The notes under the pieces: generated by a model
The model's database searches: none
What the model saw: only the letters and a program-made list of their open reading frames with translations
What the model was told of the DNA's origin: nothing
Translations under genes and position numbers: made by a program
From: an uncultured Zetaproteobacteria bacterium
GTDB taxonomy: Bacteria > Pseudomonadota > Zetaproteobacteria > Mariprofundales > Mariprofundaceae
NCBI GenBank assembly: GCA_964548425.1
Contig: CAZJRL010000001.1
Span: 1 to 46,168, forward strand
DNA: 46,168 nt
Reading direction: 5' to 3'
Shown here: positions 17,595 through 27,321 of the stretch, in pieces
Layout of the letters: every line of letters begins with the position of its first letter
Numbering within the stretch: position 1 is the first letter of the stretch

Positions 17595-20500
17595 AACGTA
17601 TCGAACTGGCTGGTTTCAAATCCTTTGTTGACCCTGTCAAAATTGATTTGAGTGACGGCATTACTGCTATCGTCGGCCCTAATGGCTCGGGAAAATCCAA
17701 TATTGTTGATGCCATCCGCTGGGTGCTGGGGGAACATTCAGCCAGGCACCTCCGTGGCGGCGTCATGGATGATTTGATCTTTCAGGGTTCGGAAACGCGC
17801 CCGCCGGTCGGGGTGTGTGATGTCGAGCTGACATTTGCCGTTCAGTCCGGCCGGCTGGTCAGCCCGTATCACGAAATGGAAGAAATCCGTGTGCGTCGGC
17901 GTCTGACCCGCGAGGGGGGCTCGGATGCGTTTATCAACGGTAAAATGGTGCGTTTAAAGGATGTGGTGGACCTGTTCCTGGATACGGGTATTTCCACCCG
18001 TGCCTATGCGATTATTGAACAGGGATCCATCTCCCGCATGATTTCCGCCAAGCCGGAAGAGCGCCGTATCCTGCTGGAGGAAGCGGCGGGTGTGATGAAA
18101 TATCGTGCCCGCAGACGGGAAGCCGAACTGAAGATGAATCATACCCGGCAAAATCTCGACCGGGTCATGGATCTGCTTGAAGAGGTGCGCACACAATGTC
18201 GGAGTCTGAAACAACAGGCCTCACGGGCGGAACGTTTCAGGAAGTTGCAGGATGAGTGGCAACAAACCCGGGCTTTATCCATGGGAATTCGCTACCGCCA
18301 GAATTTGGTGCGCTGCCACGAAGGAGAAAAGAAGCTTGAGGAAGCCAGGGTCGGGGAAGCACAGGCTGCCAGCGAGCATGCCGAGGTGGAAAACAGGCTT
18401 GCTAATGCGCGCCGGCAACTGATTTTGCATGAAGAACAGGCGCAACAGGTGCAGGACAAGCTGAGAGCAGCAGAGCAGAAACGTTCGGAACTCCAGCAAC
18501 AGGCCGAACGACAGGCGGGAGAACGTCGCCTTTTAGCCGAACGTAAACAGGCTTTGGCATTGAAACTGGATGATGAAGTGGCGCGTGGCAAGCGCTTGCA
18601 ACAGGAAATCAAAGCCATTGAGAGCCGCATCAGAAGCCATGATGACCATGCCCTGCAGCAGGCACTGGAGCAGGCACTGGTAGCGGAAGAAGAGGCCCGT
18701 TCCGGGCATGAAAAACAGCGCGGCATACGTGATGAAAAGCTGGCTGAATTCGAGCGTATCCGTAGCCAGCATGAAGGTGCCGGGCGCCGGCGTGAACAGG
18801 CCGAATCCGCATTGGGGAGATTACAGGAACGTGAAGGCCTGCTGCTGGGCCGGCAGCAGGAAATCGGAGTGCAACTGACCCGGATTGCAGCATCACAAAA
18901 AACGCTTGAACAGGAAATAACACGGTGTGAAGCACATCAGAAGAAGGCTGAATCTGCAGTGGGAGCGACACAACAGAAACTGGACGTCATACGGCAACAG
19001 TATGCTGATTCTGAAGCTGCACTGGCCACTCAATCCGGCGAAGTTCGTCGTTTACAGGGCGAAATCCATGAACTGCAGGGACGTGCATCCAGTCGTGATA
19101 TTCCGGATCGGGTGCGCAGTGCATTACGGGAAACCGGTGCAACATGGGTGGATGAAACATTGCATGCGCCCGAGGGTCTGGAACTCGCTGTGGTTGCTGC
19201 CCTGCGTGCCGAGGGTGCGAATGCACAATTGCCCGGAAATCCGGGCTTACACCGGCTGGCTGAATCCATTCGGCAAGCGCAGGAATTACCGGTGGCCTTT
19301 CATGCGGGAACGGACCGAATGGAAATGGGAGGCAGTCTCGCTGAAACCATGGGTCTTGATGTAGAACACCCGCTTTACCCCATATTCGGCCATGTTTTGC
19401 TGGTGGATGACATTATGAATGCAGCGGAGGCGCTGGTGGCAACACCTGCGGCTTCTACGGCTGTAAGCCGGGATGGCTGGCGTATGGAGTCCACCGGCTG
19501 GCTGGTTCCACCCGCACATCAGGCCAGTGCCCGCCGCATGTCGGCACAACGCGAACTTGTGGAACGGCAGCGTGATCATGAACAGGCCGAACGTCGGTAC
19601 GGCACTTGCAAGCAGACGTTCCGGGAAACTGAAGCAGCACTTGTACAACAACAGCAGGCGTGGCAACAGGCCCATATGGCAGTCACTGAGGCACAAAGTG
19701 AGACGCAGGCGAAATGTGCCGAGAGCCAGCGGATGGAGGCGGAGGTGCAAGCCCTGCAGGCACGTTTGCAGCGTTTAAATACCGAGGTTGAGGACATTGT
19801 CCAGGAACGCCGGCACTGGTTGTCGCAAGTTGATACCGAGGCCATACCCGATCCCGAACGGTTGACGCAGGCGCAGGTTACGCTGGATGAACAGAACAAC
19901 CTGGAAACAGTGGCACGGCAAGGTCTGGACCAGACAAAAAACAGCCGTGCGGCAGCTGAACAGGCGCTGGCCCTGCATCAGCAGGCGCACGAAAACCTTG
20001 TACGGGAAAAACAGCGTCTGCATGATGAATGGGCGCAGGTGCAACAGCAGACGCAGCAGGATCAGGCAGCACTGGCTGAGGTTGTTCTGGATATCCGGCA
20101 GGCGGAACAACGATCCGGTATGGATCAGTTGTTGCGCGAGGCAGCCGGATCCGTCGATCACATGCATCAGGAATTAAATGGATTTCGCCAACAGGGGCAC
20201 ATATTGCAACAGACGGCGCATGAGGCGGACAGGCATGAACATCAATTGCGTACCGGCATGCAGCAGGCGGTGGAACAGCGCCAGCAACGCGAGGTTGCGC
20301 TGGCTGCCGAAACCGCCCGTTTGCAGGATATGGAGGATGAAATTCGCCAGCACTGTCAGCAAACAGGAGACGCGTTAATACGGCAACTGGTTCAGATGGA
20401 AGACGAACTGGATGAGGAAGCCATGCTGCGCAAGGCAGGCGAGCTGGAAGAGCGCCTGAACCGTTTTGGCCCGGTGAACCTGCTGGCGATTAAAGAATAT

Positions 20501-21100
20501 GACCAGGCCTCGGAGAGGGAACAGTTTCTCTCCGCTCAGGCCGGCGACCTGGAATCCAGCCTGACTACGCTTACCGACACGATTACCCGTATTGACCGCA
20601 CAACCCGCCAGCGATTCATGGAAACATTTGAGCAGGCCAATGCTTATTTCAAGCAGACATTTCCGCGTTTGTTCGGTGGTGGAAAAGCAGAATTGCGCCT
20701 TAATTCAGATGATTTTCAAACCGCTGGCGTGGAAGTGATTGCCCAGCCACCGGGGAAATGTTTGCAGGATATCGAGCTGATGTCCGGCGGCGAAAAGGCA
20801 TTAACCGCTGTGGCGCTGGTGTTTTCGATTTTCAGTATCAAGCCGGCGCCGTTTTGTGTGCTGGATGAGGTCGATGCGCCACTGGATGATGCCAATGTCG
20901 GCCGCTTTGGTGAAATGGTTCAGGAGTTTTCCAACACTGTGCAATTTCTGAACATCACACATAACAAGGTGAGTATGCAAATGTCCAGCCGTATCATCGG
21001 CGTGTCCATGCCTGAGCCCGGCGTATCACGTATCGTTGGCGTTGACCTGGAAAGCATGGAGCAGAAAACCGCAACCGATTCTTCCCTGCTCGTGGCGTAA
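17585..21100 (+). CDS. smc: chromosome segregation protein SMC
   Basis: Walker A is GPNGSGKSN. Long coiled coils and a hinge are present. The signature motif is MSGGEK and Walker B is CVLDEVDAPLD. Length is 1171 aa. Confidence 0.95.
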   Translation: MRLKRIELAGFKSFVDPVKIDLSDGITAIVGPNGSGKSNIVDAIRWVLGEHSARHLRGGVMDDLIFQGSETRPPVGVCDVELTFAVQSGRLVSPYHEMEEIRVRRRLTREGGSDAFINGKMVRLKDVVDLFLDTGISTRAYAIIEQGSISRMISAKPEERRILLEEAAGVMKYRARRREAELKMNHTRQNLDRVMDLLEEVRTQCRSLKQQASRAERFRKLQDEWQQTRALSMGIRYRQNLVRCHEGEKKLEEARVGEAQAASEHAEVENRLANARRQLILHEEQAQQVQDKLRAAEQKRSELQQQAERQAGERRLLAERKQALALKLDDEVARGKRLQQEIKAIESRIRSHDDHALQQALEQALVAEEEARSGHEKQRGIRDEKLAEFERIRSQHEGAGRRREQAESALGRLQEREGLLLGRQQEIGVQLTRIAASQKTLEQEITRCEAHQKKAESAVGATQQKLDVIRQQYADSEAALATQSGEVRRLQGEIHELQGRASSRDIPDRVRSALRETGATWVDETLHAPEGLELAVVAALRAEGANAQLPGNPGLHRLAESIRQAQELPVAFHAGTDRMEMGGSLAETMGLDVEHPLYPIFGHVLLVDDIMNAAEALVATPAASTAVSRDGWRMESTGWLVPPAHQASARRMSAQRELVERQRDHEQAERRYGTCKQTFRETEAALVQQQQAWQQAHMAVTEAQSETQAKCAESQRMEAEVQALQARLQRLNTEVEDIVQERRHWLSQVDTEAIPDPERLTQAQVTLDEQNNLETVARQGLDQTKNSRAAAEQALALHQQAHENLVREKQRLHDEWAQVQQQTQQDQAALAEVVLDIRQAEQRSGMDQLLREAAGSVDHMHQELNGFRQQGHILQQTAHEADRHEHQLRTGMQQAVEQRQQREVALAAETARLQDMEDEIRQHCQQTGDALIRQLVQMEDELDEEAMLRKAGELEERLNRFGPVNLLAIKEYDQASEREQFLSAQAGDLESSLTTLTDTITRIDRTTRQRFMETFEQANAYFKQTFPRLFGGGKAELRLNSDDFQTAGVEVIAQPPGKCLQDIELMSGGEKALTAVALVFSIFSIKPAPFCVLDEVDAPLDDANVGRFGEMVQEFSNTVQFLNITHNKVSMQMSSRIIGVSMPEPGVSRIVGVDLESMEQKTATDSSLLVA

Positions 21101-21135
21101 CAGTCGGGAACTCTTGAATAACAGAATTAAAAACA

Positions 21136-21282
21136 TTCACCGCAGAGTACGCAAAGTTACGCAAAGGAACCCCAAAATGGGCAAATTCCGGAGGCTGAAT
21201 ATACATTCAACCGTAGGTGTAAGAGCCCTGGACTTTATATCGCGTCTTTACTCTGCGTAACTTTGCGTACTTTGCGGTGAAA
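21136..21282. mobile_element. MITE-like palindromic element, copy 4 (downstream of smc)
   Basis: The arms are ttcaccgcagagtacgcaaagttacgcaaagga (21136..21168) and ttactctgcgtaactttgcgtactttgcggtgaa (21248..21282). Confidence 0.75.
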
Positions 21283-21330
21283 TGCTTTTGATCGTGCCTG
21301 TTCCACATACATGCTGAACAGTGCAGCAGA

Positions 21331-21777
21331 CTAGATACTAAAATTAGGGGCGGATGCCGGTCGGTTCAGGATGCCTGACCGCTCGGCTTTTTCCAGACAG
21401 GAAGCCAGTGAAAGTGTTGCCAGATTCTGCAGGCATTCCTGTTGCACCTGAAACATTAACGGCTGTATCACTTCCTGTTGCAGACGGCAGGAATGGTCAT
21501 CGATCATGGTTGACGGTCCGGATGCGATACAGTGGAGGATGTCGAACAGGGAAATGCGATGCGGGTTCATGGCAATCAGGTAGCCACCTCCGGATCCCCG
21601 TCTGGATTCAAGTATTCCGGCAGATACCAGCGCCTGCAAATCCGGTTCCAGATAGCGTCGGGGGCAATGCAGTGTTTCGGCCAGCTGTTTGCCGGATACG
21701 GGGGATGTGCTTGCTGCAATGCGCAACAGTGCAGTGAGCAAAAAATGTAAACGGCGTGATCCCAGCAGATCAAGCAT
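21331..21777 (-). CDS. Rrf2-family transcriptional regulator
   Basis: The winged HTH is [40 protein letters not shown] prefer the start at ATG 21777 ([14 protein letters not shown]...), which overlaps the dut stop by 8 nt. The longest ORF runs to 21837. Confidence 0.75.
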   Translation of the reverse strand: MLDLLGSRRLHFLLTALLRIAASTSPVSGKQLAETLHCPRRYLEPDLQALVSAGILESRRGSGGGYLIAMNPHRISLFDILHCIASGPSTMIDDHSCRLQQEVIQPLMFQVQQECLQNLATLSLASCLEKAERSGILNRPASAPNFSI

Positions 21778-22228
21778 GTCCCGAACTGCCAAAACCACCC
21801 GAGCCGCGCTCCGTGGCATCCAGGGTCTCTGCCTCATGCCAGATAGCCTGCGTTACAGGCGTGATAATCATTTGAGCGATACGGTCACCACGCTGGATAT
21901 GAAAAGGGTGCTGCCCGAGATTGATGAGGATGATACCCACTTCACCACGGTAATCCGCATCAATGGTACCGGGCGTATTCAACACTGTAATTCCATGTTT
22001 GAGCGCCAGTCCGGACCGGGGTCTGACCTGGGCTTCAAATCCGGCAGGTAAAGCCATGGCGAAACCGGTGGGGATGAGGGCATGCTCGCCCGGCTGCAGC
22101 ACTATTTCTTCGTCAATAGCAGCACGTAAATCAGCACCGGCTGCATGTGTGCTGGCATAGTGCGGTGAATCCAGTCCCTGGCCGTGTGGCAAGCGCTGAA
22201 TACTGATAGGTATCTGATTCCGGTTCAT
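21770..22228 (-). CDS. dut: dUTP diphosphatase
   Basis: [10 protein letters not shown] and C-terminal [10 protein letters not shown] motifs are present. Confidence 0.95.
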   Translation of the reverse strand: MNRNQIPISIQRLPHGQGLDSPHYASTHAAGADLRAAIDEEIVLQPGEHALIPTGFAMALPAGFEAQVRPRSGLALKHGITVLNTPGTIDADYRGEVGIILINLGQHPFHIQRGDRIAQMIITPVTQAIWHEAETLDATERGSGGFGSSGHA

Positions 22229-23409
22229 GTTGTGTTCATCCCTGTAATTTGTTCAATCAGCCATGCAGCCATGCGTTGCTTGGACATGCAGGATGCCTGC
22301 TTTTGCTGACCGGGCACAAGCCACCAGCCTGCAGCATGATCCTTTCCCATACCACTGATGTCATTAGCAAATATGGCATCTGCATTCTTTTCCCGTAATT
22401 TGTTTCCAGCCTGTTCGATATGGTCCTTGTGTTCAGCAGCGAAAGCAATAATTTTTCGCGGGCGATTTGGCAGTCCGGCGATATGGGAAACGATATCCAC
22501 ATTGCCCTCCAGCGTAACGGTGAGGGTGCTGGCGTGTTTTCGTTTCAGCTTCCCGCTTACGTGTTCGGAAAACCGGTAATCGCTGACAGCGGCGGTGGCA
22601 ACAAATACATCAGTATGGTCTGCTTCCCGTTCGCAGGCGGTGAGCATCTCCTGTGCTGACACGACATTACAGCGTCGAACAGATGTTGAGGTCCGGGGTG
22701 TCCCGGGGCCCGCGATGAGTATCGTTTCCGCACCCTGTGCAGCGGCGGCATCGGCCAGGTGTGCGCCCAGTTTCCCGCTGGCGCGATTGGTGAGGATGCG
22801 GACATCATCCCATGATTCCCATGTTGGACCGGTGTTGATAAGCCAGCGCTGACCGTGTAAGTGTGGTGTTTGCACTAAAGGGCGTATGGCCTCAATGAGT
22901 GTTTCCGGTTCGCTCATGCGGCCCATGCCTTTTTCACCACATGCCAGTTGCCCCGATTCCGGGCCGATAAAATGAATACCTTGCTCTTTCAGTAGCGCGA
23001 CGTTTCGTTTTGTCGCGGCAGATTTCCACATGGATACATTCATGGCGGGAGCGATCAGTACGGGAGTTTCACGGACATGAAACAGGGTGGTGAGCAGATG
23101 ATCGCATATGCCATGACTGAACCTGGCAATCAGATCGGCTGTCGCCGGAGCAACAAGCAGTGTGTCCGCCCATCGGGCAAGCTGAATATGTCCCATTTCC
23201 CGTTCAGAGGTCAGATTGAATAATTCAGTATGTACTGCTTCGCCGGTCAGGGTCTCAAACGTCATGGGCGTGACAAATTTACATGCCGCGGGCGTCATGA
23301 CACAGCGCACGGCCGCGCCCTGTTTGATCAGCAGACGGGTCAATTCGGCCACCCGGTAGACGGCAATGCCGCCACCGATACCGACAAGAATGCGTTTACC
23401 GGAAAACAT
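22225..23409 (-). CDS. coaBC: bifunctional phosphopantothenoylcysteine decarboxylase / phosphopantothenate--cysteine ligase
   Basis: There is an N-terminal flavoprotein domain ([13 protein letters not shown]) plus a CoaB domain. Length is 394 aa. It overlaps dut by 4 nt. Confidence 0.9.
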   Translation of the reverse strand: MFSGKRILVGIGGGIAVYRVAELTRLLIKQGAAVRCVMTPAACKFVTPMTFETLTGEAVHTELFNLTSEREMGHIQLARWADTLLVAPATADLIARFSHGICDHLLTTLFHVRETPVLIAPAMNVSMWKSAATKRNVALLKEQGIHFIGPESGQLACGEKGMGRMSEPETLIEAIRPLVQTPHLHGQRWLINTGPTWESWDDVRILTNRASGKLGAHLADAAAAQGAETILIAGPGTPRTSTSVRRCNVVSAQEMLTACEREADHTDVFVATAAVSDYRFSEHVSGKLKRKHASTLTVTLEGNVDIVSHIAGLPNRPRKIIAFAAEHKDHIEQAGNKLREKNADAIFANDISGMGKDHAAGWWLVPGQQKQASCMSKQRMAAWLIEQITGMNTT

Positions 23410-23412
23410 ATC

Positions 23413-23895
23413 CTACTGTAACGCCTTCAATGTGTTTAGCACATCCTCTGCATGCCCCTTCACACGCACCTTGCGCCATACGTGCGCAACCCTGCCGTCA
23501 GGATTGATCATGAATGTGGAGCGTTCAATACCGCGCACTTGTTTACCATACATATTTTTCATCTGAATGACATCAAATGCCCTGCATAGCAACTCATCGG
23601 CGTCAGATATCAGAGGAAAGGGCAGACACTGCTTCTCCGCAAAGCGTTGATGCGAAGCCGGTGAATCACGGCTGACGCCGACAATGGTGGCATGTATTCC
23701 GGAAAAAGAAGCTTCCATATCCCGGAAATCGCAGGCTTCGGTCGTGCATCCCGGTGTGTTGTCCCTGGGATAAAAATAGAGTACGACCCACTGGCCGCGA
23801 AGATCGGACAGTTTCAGTATACCTTCCGGCCAGACCGGAAGCGCAATATCAGGGGCTGTATCACCTGTATTCAGGGTATATGTTCCCATTGGCAC
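23413..23895 (-). CDS. bcp: thioredoxin-dependent peroxiredoxin Bcp
   Basis: The peroxidatic Cys motif FYPRDNTPGCTTEAC is present. Length is 160 aa. Confidence 0.9.
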   Translation of the reverse strand: MPMGTYTLNTGDTAPDIALPVWPEGILKLSDLRGQWVVLYFYPRDNTPGCTTEACDFRDMEASFSGIHATIVGVSRDSPASHQRFAEKQCLPFPLISDADELLCRAFDVIQMKNMYGKQVRGIERSTFMINPDGRVAHVWRKVRVKGHAEDVLNTLKALQ

Positions 23896-24004
23896 TCTCC
23901 TGTCAATGTTCTTTTCAGGCTGAAAGGATAGTCTCTGTTTTGTTTACGTCGAGGGCCAACAGCCCGAATTAAAAATCAGGATATTTTGGGTCGCTTCCCT
24001 GCCG

Positions 24005-24064
24005 CCTGTCTGCGCCTGCCTGTGCGTTGCACGCAGACAGGTGCGTATACGTACAGGCAGGCGC
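24005..24064. repeat. nested or alternative inverted repeats in the bcp/ispH divergent intergenic region
   Basis: cctgtctgcg (24005..24014) pairs with cgcagacagg (24032..24041). gcgcctgcctgt (24012..24023) pairs with acaggcaggcgc (24053..24064). The palindrome cgtatacg lies at 24044..24051. Confidence 0.7.
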
Positions 24065-24098
24065 AACAAGTTTTCCCTAAGCCCGACAGGCTGCTAGT

Positions 24099-25031
24099 AT
24101 GGCAGTTATGAAGGTGTTATTGGCGGAACCCAGAGGATTCTGTGCTGGTGTGGATCGTGCCATTGCAGTGGTCAATCAGGCAATCGAAATGTTTGGCGCA
24201 CCTGTCTATGTACGCCATGAGATTGTACACAATAAATTCGTTGTTGAAGTATTGAGAAAGAAAGGTGCTGTATTCATCGAATCGGTCAATGATGCACCCG
24301 ATGGAGCACTGTTGATTTTTTCAGCGCATGGTGTTGGCCAATCCGTTGTTCATGCCGCTCATGCACGGGGATTAAAGGTGATTGATGCGACATGTCCGCT
24401 GGTCACCAAGGTCCACATGGAATTGCTTCGCCACGAGCGCAATGGAGATCAGGTTATTCTGATTGGGCATGCAGGGCATCCCGAGGTGGAGGGTACGATG
24501 GGGCAGCTTCCGGCTGGTTCGGTGCTGCTTGTTTCAACACCCGGTGATGTGGACCGTCTTGAGGTGTGTAATCCGGGCAAGCTGGCGTATGTGACCCAGA
24601 CGACCTTGTCTGTGAATGATACGGCCGACGTGGTTGCTGCATTGAAGAAACGATTTCCCCATATTCAGGGGCCGAAGCGTGATGATATCTGTTATGCAAC
24701 AACCAATCGCCAAATGGCAGTCCAGCAACTGGCGCGTCATTGCGAAGTTGTGTTGGTCATTGGTTCAAGGAATTCATCCAACAGCAATCGTTTGCGGGAA
24801 GTGGCAGAGCGGGAGGGTGCGCGCGCCTGGCTTGTAGACGATGCGGATGATGTTCACCCGGACTGGTTTACAGGTGCCAGGTGCGTAGGAATTACCGCCG
24901 GTGCCTCTGCTCCGGAAGCACTGGTGCAGGGAGTGGTGGATTGTCTTAAACGTTTGGGCGCGGAGAGTGTAGAAACGTTGCATACCGTTGAAGAGCGGGT
25001 TACCTTCAGTTTGCCGGATGCGTTGCGTTGA
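24099..25031 (+). CDS. ispH: 4-hydroxy-3-methylbut-2-enyl diphosphate reductase
   Basis: [16 protein letters not shown] and HNKFVV are present, with the overall LytB layout. The start may instead be ATG 24108 ([11 protein letters not shown]). Confidence 0.92.
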   Translation: MAVMKVLLAEPRGFCAGVDRAIAVVNQAIEMFGAPVYVRHEIVHNKFVVEVLRKKGAVFIESVNDAPDGALLIFSAHGVGQSVVHAAHARGLKVIDATCPLVTKVHMELLRHERNGDQVILIGHAGHPEVEGTMGQLPAGSVLLVSTPGDVDRLEVCNPGKLAYVTQTTLSVNDTADVVAALKKRFPHIQGPKRDDICYATTNRQMAVQQLARHCEVVLVIGSRNSSNSNRLREVAEREGARAWLVDDADDVHPDWFTGARCVGITAGASAPEALVQGVVDCLKRLGAESVETLHTVEERVTFSLPDALR

Positions 25032-25050
25032 TATAACTAATCAGGAGGTG

Positions 25051-25344
25051 ATGAAAATGAAGAAACAGATATTGGCTATGATAGCATTGGCTGGCCTTAC
25101 CCTGTCCATGGTGATGCCGGCAGTTGCCTGCAGTGTCGCCGGACCCAATAAACATGTCGGCCAGGTGACCTCGGTAAATGCAGGGAATGGAACATTTACG
25201 ATTATGGATGCGGAGACACGCAAACCCATTGTTTTTTCCGCATCCGCTGACATTTTAAAGGACGCGTCAAAAGCAAAAGGCGCAGTAATGGTGAGCTATA
25301 AACAATCAAATGGTCAGTTGGTGGCGAAGGATATTCATTTCTGA
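25051..25344 (+). CDS. small exported protein of unknown function
   Basis: AGGAGG at 25044..25049 precedes the ATG at 25051. The signal peptide is MKMKKQILAMIALAGLTLSMVMPAVAC (possibly a weak lipobox). The mature domain is about 70 aa, ending GQVTSVNAGNGTFTIMDAETRKPIVF...VSYKQSNGQLVAKDIHF. The ORF-track start at 24988 lies inside ispH. Confidence 0.6.
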   Translation: MKMKKQILAMIALAGLTLSMVMPAVACSVAGPNKHVGQVTSVNAGNGTFTIMDAETRKPIVFSASADILKDASKAKGAVMVSYKQSNGQLVAKDIHF

Positions 25345-25364
25345 TAACTTCTTACGAAGTAATC

Positions 25365-25390
25365 AAAGCGCCCATAGATGGGCGCAAAAA
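25365..25390. terminator. bidirectional terminator between convergent genes
   Basis: aaa-GCGCCCA-taga-TGGGCGC-aaaaa. Read on the minus strand, it is followed by tttgatt. Confidence 0.6.
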
Positions 25391-25409
25391 GTCTGCTTTT
25401 TACTTTCCG

Positions 25410-26219
25410 CTAGTTTGCCGGGTGTACCGCCATATTATGGCCGGACAATAAAGCAAGGTTCCGGGCTTTGCTTACCAGGCGCAGGGTTAGCTGTTCACCT
25501 GTGCCGGCGGGATCAGGGCCATAATAGGTGAGGAAATTGGCGTTATCCGGTCGCGTCGGTACGAGTAGATGCATGGATTTGTTGAATCTGGCTTTCCATG
25601 AGTCAAGGTTAATGGAATAACTGGCACAATGGATTTTTCTGCCCAGTACGCGAACATGATGAAATCCCTTTCGTTTGGCGACCAGATCATAGACCTGACC
25701 ATTATCATAATTGATGGTGGAAAATTTAATTTCCCCTGCAGTAGAGGAATTCTGACGGCTCACAAGCAGTTGGGGCAACGCCCCGAGGTCACGTAAGCCG
25801 GTGCGCCATATTTTGCGTTCCACATACTCGTTTTCACTCCTGCGGCGGTAAATGGTGGGATGTTTGGCATCCAGACTGTACTGGATTTCTACACTGCGAT
25901 GCAGTGCATGGTTAATACGCCTGGTATATAACGGCGCACCATCACTCACACGAATATAATGCTCGGCCCTGATGCGCGGGCAATCCCATATAATGCGCCA
26001 TGCGGGTGTGCCGTGCCATATCGTAGCCTGCACGCGATTGTTCAGGGTCCGGGCAGGATCACCGGATGTTTTATCCCCATGCCCTTCCATGTAGAAAAAA
26101 TCACCGCCAACAGCGGCAACAAAAGGTTCTTCAGCAATACAGGAAGCAGGTATGATAAAAGATGTGATCGCCATCACTGATAATAGAAGAAGCAGTTGCA
26201 CTGCTTGTGAAGACCGCAT
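25410..26219 (-). CDS. hypothetical exported protein
   Basis: An N-terminal signal-like segment, MRSSQAVQLLLLLSVMAITSFIIPASCIA, is present. Length is 269 aa. I recognise no motif; a DUF3108-like fold is only a guess. Confidence 0.5.
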   Translation of the reverse strand: MRSSQAVQLLLLLSVMAITSFIIPASCIAEEPFVAAVGGDFFYMEGHGDKTSGDPARTLNNRVQATIWHGTPAWRIIWDCPRIRAEHYIRVSDGAPLYTRRINHALHRSVEIQYSLDAKHPTIYRRRSENEYVERKIWRTGLRDLGALPQLLVSRQNSSTAGEIKFSTINYDNGQVYDLVAKRKGFHHVRVLGRKIHCASYSINLDSWKARFNKSMHLLVPTRPDNANFLTYYGPDPAGTGEQLTLRLVSKARNLALLSGHNMAVHPAN

Positions 26220-26578
26220 TAAATATAGCTCCTTGTGAAGAACAGGACGACAGCGTGTCGCATCGTTGCACGTCCGGCAATGTTATTCCACAAACATTGT
26301 GCCAAAATGCCACAATATTTGACCTAATATAACGGTAATATAAACAAGGGACACTCTGAATAACTCCGATTTAATGAGACTGTCGCGCAAAACAGGCAAC
26401 GGGTCGGAGCAAACGGCGCTGTCCTGATGCGAGCCGGTCTTTATCTATAGCCCCGACACATTCCGGGGCATACTTCCTGAACTGCCCCACCATCCACCAC
26501 TGTATATTTTATCGTTATTTCGGTTGAAGTTGCTGTGTTGATTTGCCCCGCCGGAGGGCTCTTTTCCCTGAAACCGGG

Positions 26579-26607
26579 TTGACACAGGTTGATTTATGGT
26601 CAATATT
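26579..26607 (+). promoter_or_regulatory. candidate dcw (Pmra-type) sigma70 promoter
   Basis: TTGACA (26579..26584), a 17-nt spacer, then AATATT (26602..26607). It lies 90 nt upstream of the mraZ ATG. Confidence 0.45.
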
Positions 26608-26630
26608 GGCACAAAGTGGGTAAATGTGGG
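26606..26630 (+). promoter_or_regulatory. candidate MraZ operator: three direct pentamers in 10-bp phase
   Basis: TTGGC (26606), GTGGG (26616) and GTGGG (26626), each separated by 5 nt. This matches the GTGGG/TGGGN direct-repeat operator described for E. coli MraZ. Confidence 0.5.
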
Positions 26631-26697
26631 GAATTGTCCTGCAATTATTTGCCGGCAGATTGGTATTTACCGGTAAACCGGGGAGGCGGCCAGCCAA

Positions 26698-27153
26698 ATG
26701 TTTCAGGGGTTTCAGGGCGAATACAGAAACAGCATGGATGGAAAGGGGCGCGTCAATATTCCTTCTTCCTTTCGTGAGACGTTGCGTGCCGGTTATGCGG
26801 ATGAGTGTGTCATCGTGACACGTGATTATGATGGCTGTCTGCGTGCTTATCCACCGAAGGAATGGGAGCGGAGCGTACTGGCTTCGGTGCGCCGGCTTGA
26901 TATTAATGACCCGTATCGCCGTTCCTATGAGCGTTATGTCGTGAGTCCCGCGGTAAGCTGCCTGCCCGACAGGCAGGGACGTATTCTGTTGCCTGCCACG
27001 TTACGTGAGCATGCGGAACTGGATAAAATCGTATTATTTGCCGGCGGGGCCAGTCATTTTGAGATATGGGATGCTGCACGGCGGGAAGCATGTATCAGGG
27101 AGGATCTGGCCATCCTCAGGCAAGGGCCTGTAAGGAGCCAGTCGGACTTATGA
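26698..27153 (+). CDS. mraZ: transcriptional regulator MraZ
   Basis: MFQGFQGEYRNSMDGKGRVNIPSSFR and the second SpoVT/AbrB-like half (DRQGRILLPATLR) are present. It is the first gene of the dcw cluster. Confidence 0.95.
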   Translation: MFQGFQGEYRNSMDGKGRVNIPSSFRETLRAGYADECVIVTRDYDGCLRAYPPKEWERSVLASVRRLDINDPYRRSYERYVVSPAVSCLPDRQGRILLPATLREHAELDKIVLFAGGASHFEIWDAARREACIREDLAILRQGPVRSQSDL

Positions 27154-27321
27154 TGAATCTACAGCGTCAGCCTGTATGTGTCCGCTCGCAGACAGGCGAC
27201 AGGAATAGCGGTTCAAAATATCCGGGGCCCTCGTTACAAGGTTCCTGCCATGCGTCTTGGAATCCGAATATTTTGCCCTCACTTTCCTGCCTGCTCGCTA
27301 CAATCCGCGTAAGTCTCTGAT

